Of a DNA stretch of 32,626 bases, positions 17,038 through 25,769 are shown in pieces. The notes beneath the pieces are model-generated. The model had not been told where the DNA came from and made no database searches. It saw nothing but the letters and a program-made list of their open reading frames with translations. The position numbers were made by a program, and so were the translations under genes. Source of the DNA: a virus (lineage: Duplodnaviria; Caudoviricetes); the IMG/VR virus record IMGVR_UViG_3300042518_001123, positions 1 through 32,626 of that record. The stretch is one strand, 5' to 3'. The number at the start of each line of letters is the position of its first letter. Position 1 is the first letter of the stretch.

Positions 17038-18230
17038 CGAACCCCCCTGAACTCTGCGGCCCGCAGCAGCGGCAACGCACCGCTCACGCTGTCGACCTGA
17101 TCGTCGTGGCGCCCCGACGGGAACGCCGTCACCTCATCGAGGAACTCGCGGACCCACGCGCCAGCCACGAGTCGCACCTTGCCGGCCTCGGCCCGCGCCG
17201 CCCACGGCATGGCCCGCGCAATCTTGTCGCGGTCTGGCGTCACGCCACGCATCGTGATTGCCGCCAGCGCAGGATCGCGCCGCAGCTCCTGGATCGCCGC
17301 CAGTCCGTGCATCGCCTGCTCGATGGCGTGCACGACGCGTGGCTCGGCCAGCATGCAGTCGCGGATGCGCTGCCGGGCCTCCGGCCACTCCCATCGACCG
17401 CGCACCATGTCGCGCAGGTACACGACGCCGTCCGGCGCCATGGCCACAGCGACCGACGCCGTGTAGTCCGCCGACGTCTTCGTGCTGGCTGCGAGGTCCC
17501 AGTACCGTACCCAGCGCAAGCCGTCGGGCGCGGCATCGACCACGCTGAACCAAGCGCGCTGGAACATCGCGCCGCTGGGATCAACGAACTCGCCGTCGAT
17601 CTCCTGCGCCGCGAACTCCGATGTGTACTGCGACTCGAGCGTTGTCACGAACTCGGGCGGCAGGTAGGGATTGTCGCGGCTCGACGATCTGATCAGCGCG
17701 TAGTCGTCGCTGTCGGTGCGCCACACGTCATGCACCCAGTTGCGGCCGCGCGGCGTCGTCGTGACCCACGCTCGGCCCGGCTGGGCGCGCAGACGGCCGA
17801 GCATGATCAGCCACACGTCGTGCGCCATCATCGCCGCCTCGTCGAGCCAGAACCACGCCAGGTTCGGGCCGCGCAGTCGATCGGGATCATCGGCGGATCG
17901 GAACAGGATCGTCGAGCCGTTGACCAGCTGCATGCGCATCTCGGTGCGATGCCACGACGTCACGATGCCACCGCGCTGGGCGAGGTCGGCGACGCTGCGC
18001 AGCGTGGCGTCGCGCAGCATCGGATACGTCGGCGCCAGCACCATGCCCACCGTACCCGCCGGCATGCGCAATGCCTCGACGGCGCCGGCGCGGCTCTTAC
18101 CGCTCCCGACGCCGCCGACGAACGCCCGATACCGCGCCGCGCTCGCCCAGAACTCGCGCTGCGGTGTCGTCGCGCTGCTGTGACGCAGCGTGATGCTACG
18201 TGCCTGGCGTGTCGCCGAGGTCGATGACAA
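17034..18230 (-). CDS. terL: Terminase large subunit, 398 aa
   Basis: Walker A GGVGSGKS, Walker B WLDEAA, TTTPRG, nuclease motifs WDLA, DYTA, HDDQVDS. TTG start with CAGGAGAC RBS. Confidence 0.95.
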   Translation of the reverse strand: MSSTSATRQARSITLRHSSATTPQREFWASAARYRAFVGGVGSGKSRAGAVEALRMPAGTVGMVLAPTYPMLRDATLRSVADLAQRGGIVTSWHRTEMRMQLVNGSTILFRSADDPDRLRGPNLAWFWLDEAAMMAHDVWLIMLGRLRAQPGRAWVTTTPRGRNWVHDVWRTDSDDYALIRSSSRDNPYLPPEFVTTLESQYTSEFAAQEIDGEFVDPSGAMFQRAWFSVVDAAPDGLRWVRYWDLAASTKTSADYTASVAVAMAPDGVVYLRDMVRGRWEWPEARQRIRDCMLAEPRVVHAIEQAMHGLAAIQELRRDPALAAITMRGVTPDRDKIARAMPWAARAEAGKVRLVAGAWVREFLDEVTAFPSGRHDDQVDSVSGALPLLRAAEFRGVR

Positions 18231-18522
18231 TGCTGGTCTCCTGCCGGATCGTCTGCTCGACGTGCTCTCGCTGCTGGAGGTAAACCTTGCCCAGCCAGAT
18301 CAACATCGTGTCGCTACCGGCCTTGGCCTTCTCCAGCTGCAATGTGCGCAGCTGGTGATGCAGATTTGCACGGCCCGCCTTTAATTGGGCCCCAAATCGG
18401 CGCTGAATGGTGTTCTCGTCGCAGCCCGCCAGAATCCCGATGATCTGATCGCTGTGGCCGAGTGCCGCCAGCTCCTGGATCTGATCCGCATCGAGCTTGA
18501 GTGTCTTCAGTGGTCTTGGCAT
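18196..18522 (-). CDS. terS: Terminase small subunit, 108 aa
   Basis: N-terminal HTH and MLIWLGKVYLQQ motif; overlaps the TerL start. Confidence 0.85.
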   Translation of the reverse strand: MPRPLKTLKLDADQIQELAALGHSDQIIGILAGCDENTIQRRFGAQLKAGRANLHHQLRTLQLEKAKAGSDTMLIWLGKVYLQQREHVEQTIRQETSIVIDLGDTPGT

Positions 18523-18628
18523 TCCCCGCCTCCCTGTGCCACGCGCGGCTCATGCGTACTACCGCCGTGTCCTCACGATACAGTGCGCCCAGGAGACCCC
18601 AGCGCCGGTCTTGGTTGAGCACAAGGGG

Positions 18629-18925
18629 CTAGAGCTCCGGGCGATGCTGCGCGTCGAACCGCGCGACGTCGGCCCGCTGCATCGTCCGCGTCAGGCCCGC
18701 CGCAGTCGCCGCCGCCGCGATGCCTTCGAGGATGCGCGTGGCGACAGCCGCCGCCTCCCATGGTTGCCCACTGGCGACACCGACGAGCAGCGCCGAGCCG
18801 ACGCCGGCCACCACGCTGAACAGCACGATCCACGCGGCGTCGAGGTTCGGCAGCGCCAGCTTCAGCAGCTCGACGAGATACCCGGTCACGACGGCTGCCG
18901 CACCGGTTGCGATGATGCTTTCCAC
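18629..18925 (-). CDS. Putative holin, 98 aa
   Basis: Two to three hydrophobic segments with a charged C-terminus, next to the endolysin. Confidence 0.65.
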   Translation of the reverse strand: MESIIATGAAAVVTGYLVELLKLALPNLDAAWIVLFSVVAGVGSALLVGVASGQPWEAAAVATRILEGIAAAATAAGLTRTMQRADVARFDAQHRPEL

Positions 18926-18928
18926 AGG

Positions 18929-19153
18929 CTATCCCCACATTCTCAACAGGAACGACAGCAGGATCGGCACGCCTGCGCCGAGCAGACCAGCGAACGCCAT
19001 GATCTTGATCATCGAGTGCTCCAGGCTGACGATGCGATCCTCGAGCTCATCGAACTGCGTATCACCACGATCCAAGCGTTTCTGGATCCAGATCAGTCGC
19101 TCCTCCATTGCGACCAGGCGGTTCATGATTGTCTGGACATCGGATTGTGTCAC
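18929..19153 (-). CDS. Coiled-coil protein with C-terminal transmembrane helix (XhlA/holin-associated type), 74 aa
   Basis: Coiled coil plus one hydrophobic helix; coupled to the endolysin stop. Confidence 0.6.
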   Translation of the reverse strand: MTQSDVQTIMNRLVAMEERLIWIQKRLDRGDTQFDELEDRIVSLEHSMIKIMAFAGLLGAGVPILLSFLLRMWG

Positions 19154-19680
19154 TGCATCGCCTCCGCTACGTCACGTCGCACCACGTTCAGATCGATGGC
19201 CCGGCCCGGGCAGCTCTTCGGCGAATTGCAGTCACGATGCCCGATGATGTGGATCTGCCGACGCTGCCATCGCTGTAGTGCGACGAGCACATCATACACC
19301 ACGGCGCGCATACGCGGGCTCCACGGCGCCGCATCGTACCGGCCCACGACCTCGATACCCACGCTGTCGACGTTGCAGATGCCGGCGTGGATCCCGCGCT
19401 CGTTCAGCGCGGTCATCTGCCAGATGCCGTCGTCCTGCGGACGCGGCGAGCCGACGGCGATGAATAAGTGCGGCCCGGCGGGCCAGCCCAGGCGCTGGTA
19501 GTAGCGGGCCATCGCTTCCATGCTGCGCAGGCCGCGCCACTGGGCGAGCGTCGGCACAACGGTGTGGTGCAGGACGATGCGCTGCCACCAGCTGCAGATG
19601 TTGGGATGATGATGATCGAGGTGTCGCGCCAGATCGGCTGGCGTCGCCCAGCGTCGAATGTCCATCCGGAATCGTCGCAT
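19150..19680 (-). CDS. Endolysin, N-acetylmuramoyl-L-alanine amidase (Amidase_2-type), 176 aa
   Basis: IVLHHT, HAG..N..SVGIEVVG, GHRD and KSCPG Zn-amidase motifs; RBS AGGAGG. Confidence 0.9.
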   Translation of the reverse strand: MRRFRMDIRRWATPADLARHLDHHHPNICSWWQRIVLHHTVVPTLAQWRGLRSMEAMARYYQRLGWPAGPHLFIAVGSPRPQDDGIWQMTALNERGIHAGICNVDSVGIEVVGRYDAAPWSPRMRAVVYDVLVALQRWQRRQIHIIGHRDCNSPKSCPGRAIDLNVVRRDVAEAMQ

Positions 19681-19701
19681 AGTGCCTCCTGTCGAACGCC
19701 A

Positions 19702-19740
19702 GGCGCCGGCCGCAGACCCCGGCGCCCGCCACAGTATAGC
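19702..19740 (-). promoter_or_regulatory. Putative late promoter -10 (GCTATACTG) followed by a leader hairpin
   Basis: TATACT at 19738-19733 right after the primase stop, then GGCGCCGG...CCGGCGCC stem and the endolysin RBS. Confidence 0.5.
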
Positions 19741-22383
19741 CTACAGTGTGATGATGCCGAGCTTCGGCCACGCGGCGTTGCCGAGACGCGCAGCCTTTCG
19801 CGCCTTCCACTCGTCGGTGTAGCCGTCCGGATCGGTGCCGTGTGCAACGCCGGCCCGATCGGTGCCCCACTCCGAGACAGCGATGTATCGCCGCCCACCA
19901 ATCGGCTCGTCCATGTACGCATCGACAATCACCATGTCAGTCGCGCCTGGTGCTGCGTCACGGAAGTACCACGACAACTCCGGCGGTACCACTCGAGCTT
20001 CGACCACTTCGACGGCAGGCTCAACGGCTTCGACGATGTCGCCGACCATATCGTCAGTCCCTTGTCCCTTGTCCCCTGTTGGGGGCCTTATAGGCCCCCC
20101 AACAACAGGGGACAAGGGGACAGGTAGGGGACAAACAGGGGACAGATCAGGCGACATAGGGGACAACACCGGCGACGTTTCGCATTGCAATGCGGAATCA
20201 CCTATTGCGCCACTGGCGACAGCACTGGGGACAGAATCATCAGGCGACAGGGGACAAACGGTGCCCTTGTCCCCAGTGACAGGGGACAGATTTTCGTTGT
20301 CCCCAGTGGCTGGCGACACACTGGCGACAGATAGGGGACAAGGTGGCGACAACACTGGCGACACTGGCGACAGTGGCGACACGGGGTTGACGCGCCAGTT
20401 GTAGCGCCCATCCTCGCTGGCCAGTGCGGCAGTTCCGATACCACCGGCGGCAGCGACGCCTTCCAGGTACTGCTGGCCCTTCTCGGTGATGCTAAACAGC
20501 GTGTTCGTCTGTTCGATCATGAATCGCTTCAACAGTCGCGAAATGCTTTTGCTCACCGTCTGCCGCGACTGCCCTGACGAGTCGACGAGTGCCGACTGCG
20601 ACGCCCCGTCGCGATACTGCTGCAGCATCAGGACCTCGAGGAGCTGCAGCTGCATCGGCGACAGCGGTCGATCGGCAGCTGGCGCCGCGCGATGATGCGG
20701 CGTCAGCACCACACTATCGGCCACGCCGACCATGGCGTAGTACAACTCTTCGAATGGCTTGCCGTTGTTCGCTTTATCCACGCGCAGTGTGACGCGGTTG
20801 TCGTCGGCATCGGCAGCGACACGCACGACGACGCGCGACGCGCCGCGCAGCGCACTCGAGCCGCGCTCGTGGGCGTCATCCCAGCCCGCGTGGTGCACGA
20901 CGAGCAGCGCCGGGTTGCCGGCATCGGCAACCAGTGTGCGCAGCGCCGCGACGGCGATACCCATGTCCTGCGCCGCGTTCTCGTCGAGCCCAGCCGCACC
21001 AAGGCACTCCGCCAGCGGATCGACGATGATCATGCGGGCCTCGAGTGCGCGACACTCATCAGACAGCGCGCCGATCTGATCGCGATCGCGCAGGTTGATC
21101 GCCTCGGGGTAGACGTAGAACTGCCCCGGCCCCTGGCTGCGCGTGTGCTGGCACCACGCGTGGATGCGCGGCGCGAGCTCGCCAGGAGCCTCGCCGGCCA
21201 CGTACACCACCGGCATGTGCTGCGCAATGGTCAGCGCGACATCGAGTGCGGCGAGGCTCTTCCCGGCGCCGGGCTTGCCGAAGAACTGGGTGATGACGCC
21301 CAGGCCGAGCAGCTTGTCGACCAGCCATGTGGTCTGCGGCAGGTTCGCCAGATCACTCGCATGGATCAACGACGTGTAGCGCCGTGCTGGCGCTGTGACG
21401 CTACCAGAAGCCTCAGGAACGACGACAGCATCGGACGCGACAGATTGCACGGGCGCGTCGGCAGCGTGGCGCTCATACGGTTCGTCGTTGCGCCACTCGA
21501 TCTGCGCCGGCTTCAACCGCCCGGCATCGTAGCCGCTGCGCATCGTCGACACGATCTCGCGATTGCCCAGGCCGATGGCGCCGGCAGTGCTCTGCACGAC
21601 GTCGAGCCACTGCTGCGCATCGGCGATGGTGCCGGCCGCGTCCAGCTGCCCGAGACGGTACGAGATCCAGTTGAGCGCCTTGTTGCGTGCCCCTTCGCCG
21701 GCTTTGCTGAACTCGTCGATCAGTCGCTCCATCGCGTTCTCGCCGTATCCGTGTTTGCGCGCATCGCTGGGCGCAATTTCGAACCGAGTCGCGAGAACGC
21801 GTGGCGCGGGCGCGGTCACTGCCGGCACGGCCTCGACTGGCTGCGGCAGCAGCGCGATCATCTCCGATGCCGGCACGCAGATGGTGCCTCCGAGATGGTC
21901 CAGCGAATCCATCGTGAGGTGGCACAGGTTCTCGCCGGCGATCCAGTCGTATCCGCTGCCGTCGTCTGCGCGCCACGCGCGCTTGCGCTGCCAGTCCTGC
22001 GGGACGTCGCGCATGATGATGTGCAGCCCGCGTCCGCTATGCGACCACTCGACGTAGCCGAGCTTGAGTGCACGCGCGACGACCGGCTGCGCCCACGCGA
22101 CCAAGCTCTTGCGATCACGCGGCGACGTCGCCACCTTGTCGAGGTCGAGCACGGCGAAGCCGTCCGACATCACACGCGCCAGGCCGAGCCGGTCGCCCAG
22201 CTGCGGCATGACGTCATCGATGTGGCGTCGGCTGCTGACGTCCTTCTGCCACTTCTCGTAGCGCCCAGGCCGCTTCTCGCCTGCGTCCCATGTGATCCAC
22301 TGATCCGCGTGCCGAATAGCAAGCGGCAGCAGCGTGAAATCCGACTTGGTCAGGATTGCCTGCGTGCCGAGACTCGACGCCAT
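19741..22383 (-). CDS. AEP primase-polymerase / RecA-like (AAA_25-type) helicase fusion with winged-HTH, ~880 aa
   Basis: VLDLD and EWSHSGRGLHI AEP motifs; RNKALN helical domain; GKPGAGKS, YVAGE, IIVDPL, VVHH and RGSSAL helicase motifs. Start MASSLG at 22383 with RBS GGAGG. Confidence 0.88.
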   Translation of the reverse strand: MASSLGTQAILTKSDFTLLPLAIRHADQWITWDAGEKRPGRYEKWQKDVSSRRHIDDVMPQLGDRLGLARVMSDGFAVLDLDKVATSPRDRKSLVAWAQPVVARALKLGYVEWSHSGRGLHIIMRDVPQDWQRKRAWRADDGSGYDWIAGENLCHLTMDSLDHLGGTICVPASEMIALLPQPVEAVPAVTAPAPRVLATRFEIAPSDARKHGYGENAMERLIDEFSKAGEGARNKALNWISYRLGQLDAAGTIADAQQWLDVVQSTAGAIGLGNREIVSTMRSGYDAGRLKPAQIEWRNDEPYERHAADAPVQSVASDAVVVPEASGSVTAPARRYTSLIHASDLANLPQTTWLVDKLLGLGVITQFFGKPGAGKSLAALDVALTIAQHMPVVYVAGEAPGELAPRIHAWCQHTRSQGPGQFYVYPEAINLRDRDQIGALSDECRALEARMIIVDPLAECLGAAGLDENAAQDMGIAVAALRTLVADAGNPALLVVHHAGWDDAHERGSSALRGASRVVVRVAADADDNRVTLRVDKANNGKPFEELYYAMVGVADSVVLTPHHRAAPAADRPLSPMQLQLLEVLMLQQYRDGASQSALVDSSGQSRQTVSKSISRLLKRFMIEQTNTLFSITEKGQQYLEGVAAAGGIGTAALASEDGRYNWRVNPVSPLSPVSPVLSPPCPLSVASVSPATGDNENLSPVTGDKGTVCPLSPDDSVPSAVASGAIGDSALQCETSPVLSPMSPDLSPVCPLPVPLSPVVGGPIRPPTGDKGQGTDDMVGDIVEAVEPAVEVVEARVVPPELSWYFRDAAPGATDMVIVDAYMDEPIGGRRYIAVSEWGTDRAGVAHGTDPDGYTDEWKARKAARLGNAAWPKLGIITL
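20058..20381. repeat. GG(G/C)GACA repeat field with long palindrome; putative replication origin
   Basis: About 18 forward and 3-4 inverted heptamers counted by eye; imperfect palindrome centred on GGGGGCCT-TAT-AGGCCCCC. Confidence 0.75.
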
Positions 22384-22514
22384 GATGACCTCCGTGTATA
22401 ATGGCGGTGTGCCGTTCTGATCATTCGCTCCGACAGAATGTGCATCCTCCGGGCCCCTGTCCTGACGCCGCCGGCCTCGTCCCCCGGCGGCGTTCGTGTG
22501 TCCGGCAGTATAGC

Positions 22515-22730
22515 CTATCGGCGTCGCCGTGGTGCTGCTGCCGCTTCCGCCTCCGCGTGCTTCGCTGCGATGTGATCGACGATGACCATCCGCAGGTACT
22601 GCGATAGCGCCATGCCGTAGCGCTGCGCCATCTGCTCGACCTGATTGAACACGATCATCGGTACCGGCACGCTGATGCGGATTGCGTCTGGGCCCACGCG
22701 TCGTGGCGTGCGCGAACGTGGATTGGTCAT
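22515..22730 (-). CDS. Ribbon-helix-helix (Arc/CopG-like) regulator, 71 aa
   Basis: IRISVPVP beta strand, helix, then GMALSQYLRMVI; RBS GGAGAC. Confidence 0.7.
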   Translation of the reverse strand: MTNPRSRTPRRVGPDAIRISVPVPMIVFNQVEQMAQRYGMALSQYLRMVIVDHIAAKHAEAEAAAAPRRRR

Positions 22731-22765
22731 AGCCGTCTCCATATAATGGCGGTTCCCATGACCAC

Positions 22766-22774
22766 AGTATAACA
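22766..22774 (-). promoter_or_regulatory. Leftward extended -10 promoter TGTTATACT
   Basis: In the divergent intergenic region, about 35 bp upstream of the RHH start; no convincing -35. Confidence 0.55.
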
Positions 22775-22816
22775 CACATTCTCCCCACGCACATCTATAT
22801 AGCAATCGGATTGCAC

Positions 22817-22845
22817 TTGCACATCTCGTGCCGTTGTGGTATACT
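22817..22845 (+). promoter_or_regulatory. Rightward early sigma70-type promoter
   Basis: TTGCAC-N17-TATACT with TG extension, followed by hairpin TCGGGCA-ACGCG-TGCCCGA and RBS AGGAG. Confidence 0.75.
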
Positions 22846-22892
22846 CTGGTCATCGGGCAACGCGTGCCCGAAAATGGCAAGGAGACATAACC

Positions 22893-23138
22893 ATGCAACA
22901 CGTTCCTGACGCCTGGTGGATCGGACGCGGACTGCCGGAACAATCGCCGATCGAGGACGAGCTGACCGACGAGCTCGACACGCTGACGGCATCGATGCGC
23001 GAAGCCGACCGGCTGCTGGCCCGGACCGACGAGTCTGACGTCGCCAAGGTGGCGTCGTTGGAGCTGCTGATGACGCAGATGCAGGAGCGCATCGAGGAGA
23101 TCGAGCGCGACCTGCGCAGCATTCGGTACTACCTGTGA
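22893..23138 (+). CDS. Hypothetical acidic coiled-coil protein, 81 aa
   Basis: RBS AAGGAG before ATG 22893; first gene after the promoter. Confidence 0.75.
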   Translation: MQHVPDAWWIGRGLPEQSPIEDELTDELDTLTASMREADRLLARTDESDVAKVASLELLMTQMQERIEEIERDLRSIRYYL

Positions 23139-23320
23139 GCATCGACGTGATCGAGGACGGTGCTGGCTACACCGTCCTCGTCAACCACCAGCCGCACGCC
23201 GTCGGCCTTGATCTGCCGACCGCGTATCGACTCGCCTGGGACATCGCACGCACGCATCGCGACACGGCAGTGACGATCACGCTGCCGCCGATCTACCGCA
23301 GCATCAACTGGTACGCCTGA
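23135..23320 (+). CDS. Hypothetical protein, 61 aa
   Basis: GTGA-coupled to the previous gene. Confidence 0.65.
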   Translation: MSIDVIEDGAGYTVLVNHQPHAVGLDLPTAYRLAWDIARTHRDTAVTITLPPIYRSINWYA

Positions 23321-23343
23321 ACCGCACGACCTGAACCGCACGA
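23316..23343 (+). repeat. 14-bp tandem duplication CCTGAACCGCACGA
   Basis: Two exact adjacent copies just before the RBS of the SSB-like gene. Confidence 0.85.
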
Positions 23344-23356
23344 AAGGACACCGACC

Positions 23357-24172
23357 ATGACGACCTTCGACATCAACGACCTCGCCAGCTTCACCAGCGC
23401 CTACACCGACAACGCGCCGCAGGGCGACGGCCTCGCCCGCATCCACTGGCACAACGGCGATCCGGGCGCAAGGACTCCCGGCTCGTTCTTCCTGACGCGG
23501 CGCAACGCCGAGAACAACGGCGTGACGGTGAACGGCTCGCCGTGGCGTGAGATCACGCGGACGTTCCGGTCGGGCGAGAGCGAAGACGGCTACGAGGCAC
23601 GCGCGCTGAAGGTGGCCGTGCTGGGCGTCCGGCAGCACGATGTGGTCATCGACGCCGAAGGCGTGATGACCTACGTGGGCCGCACGCCACGCGGCGCGGC
23701 ACGGCCTGCCGGCTGGTCGCTGTACGTCGAGATCCTCTGCATGGCGCAGGGGCTGAGCCAGCCCGTGGTGTGGGCCAGCAAGCGCATCAAGACGAGCATG
23801 GCCATGGTCGCGATGTTGCGCGAGTACCGCAGCGCGCTGCTCGACAAGATCCGCCAGGAGAAGCGGAACCCCTCGATCCCGGCCTGGGCGTTCTGGCTGC
23901 CGGTCCGCGGCGAGGTCGACGGCAAGAGGCAGCCGGTCTACGAGAAGACCAAGGGCGCGCCGGTGACGCCGCCGAAGCTGATCCTGCCGGAGGGCGACGC
24001 GCTGACCATGGCGCGTGGCCTGTACGTCGGCAAGCAGCTGCTCGAGATTGGCGAGGAGCTGCGCCGCGAGTACGACGCGTGGCTGCAGGCAACGCCGGCA
24101 GACGCCGCGCCGCAGGCGGCTCCGTCGCACAACACGCCGCAGCCGATCGGCGATGACGATCTGTCGTTCTGA
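23357..24172 (+). CDS. Putative ssDNA-binding/annealing protein, 271 aa
   Basis: Flexible Ala/Pro tail ending DDDLSF (SSB-like acidic-aromatic tip); adjacent to the clamp gene. Confidence 0.5.
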   Translation: MTTFDINDLASFTSAYTDNAPQGDGLARIHWHNGDPGARTPGSFFLTRRNAENNGVTVNGSPWREITRTFRSGESEDGYEARALKVAVLGVRQHDVVIDAEGVMTYVGRTPRGAARPAGWSLYVEILCMAQGLSQPVVWASKRIKTSMAMVAMLREYRSALLDKIRQEKRNPSIPAWAFWLPVRGEVDGKRQPVYEKTKGAPVTPPKLILPEGDALTMARGLYVGKQLLEIGEELRREYDAWLQATPADAAPQAAPSHNTPQPIGDDDLSF

Positions 24173-24173
24173 T

Positions 24174-24217
24174 AAAAAAGTGCGCCCAGCGATGCGCCGA
24201 GGTTTGCTCGGCGCATC
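24174..24217. promoter_or_regulatory. Motif copy 3 overlapping an 11-bp-stem hairpin
   Basis: AAAAAAGTGCGCCCAGCGATGC overlaps GATGCGCCGAG-GTTTG-CTCGGCGCATC. Confidence 0.55.
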
Positions 24218-24234
24218 ATCACAGGAGACTGACC

Positions 24235-25314
24235 ATGGAGATCAATCGAGTCGCACTGGTGTCGGCACTCAGCAAACTCAAGCCCGCCGTCGGTGGTAAG
24301 AGCAGCGAGCCCGTGTTCACGTGGCTGCTGATGGCGCCGGGACCGCACGGCCTGACGCTGCGCACGTGCAGCGAGCACCTCAGCGTCGAGATCGAGATGG
24401 CCGCCGAAGATATCGCCGAGCCGGTCGCCGTCATGTACCAGGCGTTCGCTGATGCTGTCGGCGCGATGTCGGACGCCACGATCGTCCTCGACGTGGTTGG
24501 CACCGCCTTGGTACTGCGCGGCCAGCACGCCGAGGTCGCGCTCGAGACCGTGTCTGCCGACCAGTACCCCGATCCGCCGCGACTGACCAGCGTGCGTGAC
24601 ATCACGACGATGAACCGCGACGGCTGGATCGATCTGCTGACCATGATGGCGCCGGCAGCTGCTAAGGACAGCACCAGGCCGATGCTGGCCAGTGTCCTGG
24701 TCGGCAAGCGCGCGGTCGCCGCCGCCGACGGATACCGAGCGCACATGTCCGGCAGCACCTACGGCGATCATGTGCTGCTGCCGCCGCCGATGGTCGGCGC
24801 GCTGGTGGCAGCGCTCAAGGGCGGAGTCGACACGGATTTCACGCTGCGTGCCGGCGATTTCTGGGCCCAGATGGCCATCGGCAGTGTGACGATCAGCGGC
24901 AGGCTGGTCGCCGGCACCTACCCGCAGCTGGGCAAGATCATCGAGCCACTGGCGAAAACGAAGCCGCGCGCCACGATCACCATCAAGGCGATGCTTGAGG
25001 CACTCAAAATCGCGATGGCGCTGCGCAGCGAGCTGGCCATTGTGCGCCTGAAACTCGAGCGCGGCGAGCTGACGCTCAGCGCCAAGCCGGCCACCGGCGC
25101 GTCGCGGGCGATGGCGCGTGTGACGGTGGCCGGCGCCGATGGCGCTGACTGGCAGATCGCCGTCAACGGCGCGTACCTGCGCGACGCGCTAAACGCCATG
25201 GCGATCGTCGGCACCACGTGCCAGCTCGTCGTGATCGACGGCAAGACGCCGCTGGGGCTGAACAACGGCAGCATGTGGACCGTGGTGATGCCGATGACGG
25301 TAGGTGCGACATGA
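24235..25314 (+). CDS. dnaN: DNA polymerase III beta sliding clamp-like protein, 359 aa
   Basis: Clamp-sized; motifs ADQYP, DSTRPMLASV, AADGYR, RLVAGTYP, IAVNGAYLRDAL, VVMPM. Confidence 0.88.
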   Translation: MEINRVALVSALSKLKPAVGGKSSEPVFTWLLMAPGPHGLTLRTCSEHLSVEIEMAAEDIAEPVAVMYQAFADAVGAMSDATIVLDVVGTALVLRGQHAEVALETVSADQYPDPPRLTSVRDITTMNRDGWIDLLTMMAPAAAKDSTRPMLASVLVGKRAVAAADGYRAHMSGSTYGDHVLLPPPMVGALVAALKGGVDTDFTLRAGDFWAQMAIGSVTISGRLVAGTYPQLGKIIEPLAKTKPRATITIKAMLEALKIAMALRSELAIVRLKLERGELTLSAKPATGASRAMARVTVAGADGADWQIAVNGAYLRDALNAMAIVGTTCQLVVIDGKTPLGLNNGSMWTVVMPMTVGAT

Positions 25315-25769
25315 GCGACGATCTGTTCCCGCCCGAGACGGCGCCGATGTTCGGCGCCTCGCGGCGCGCCCAGTGCGTGGTGTGCAGCCGCGTCGCGCTG
25401 CTGCCGTACCCGAACGTCGCGCTGTGCGGTCCCTGCGTCGACGACGAGGACGCGCAGCTGGTACGCGCGCAGCGCGGCTACGACGACCTGGCCGAGCAGA
25501 TCAACGCGGCCAGCCAGGAGTGGTTCGCCATGGTGATCGAGATGCCGATCGAGCAGACCGAGCGGTGGCTGCGCATCGTCACGGCCGTGATGCTCGGCGA
25601 GGATCTGCACCGGATCGCCGCTACGCTGCGGCGCTACCCGGTGCTGCAGCCGTATCACGAAGGCCTGCTGCGCTGGCGCGCCGAGACCGCGCTGCACGAC
25701 AGCTCGCTGCAGCACTACCGCGCGATCATCAGTGAGTACGGCAGACTACGGGAGGTGCGCGGTGGATGA
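25311..25769 (+). CDS. Zn-finger (CxxC...CxxC) helical protein, 152 aa
   Basis: ATGA-coupled to the clamp gene; CVVC and CGPC. Confidence 0.7.
   Translation: MSDDLFPPETAPMFGASRRAQCVVCSRVALLPYPNVALCGPCVDDEDAQLVRAQRGYDDLAEQINAASQEWFAMVIEMPIEQTERWLRIVTAVMLGEDLHRIAATLRRYPVLQPYHEGLLRWRAETALHDSSLQHYRAIISEYGRLREVRGG

Noticed and set aside
22384-22794. N-terminal extension making the primase 1017 aa
   Set aside because: It overlaps the RHH gene and promoter region; a strong RBS supports the start at 22383.
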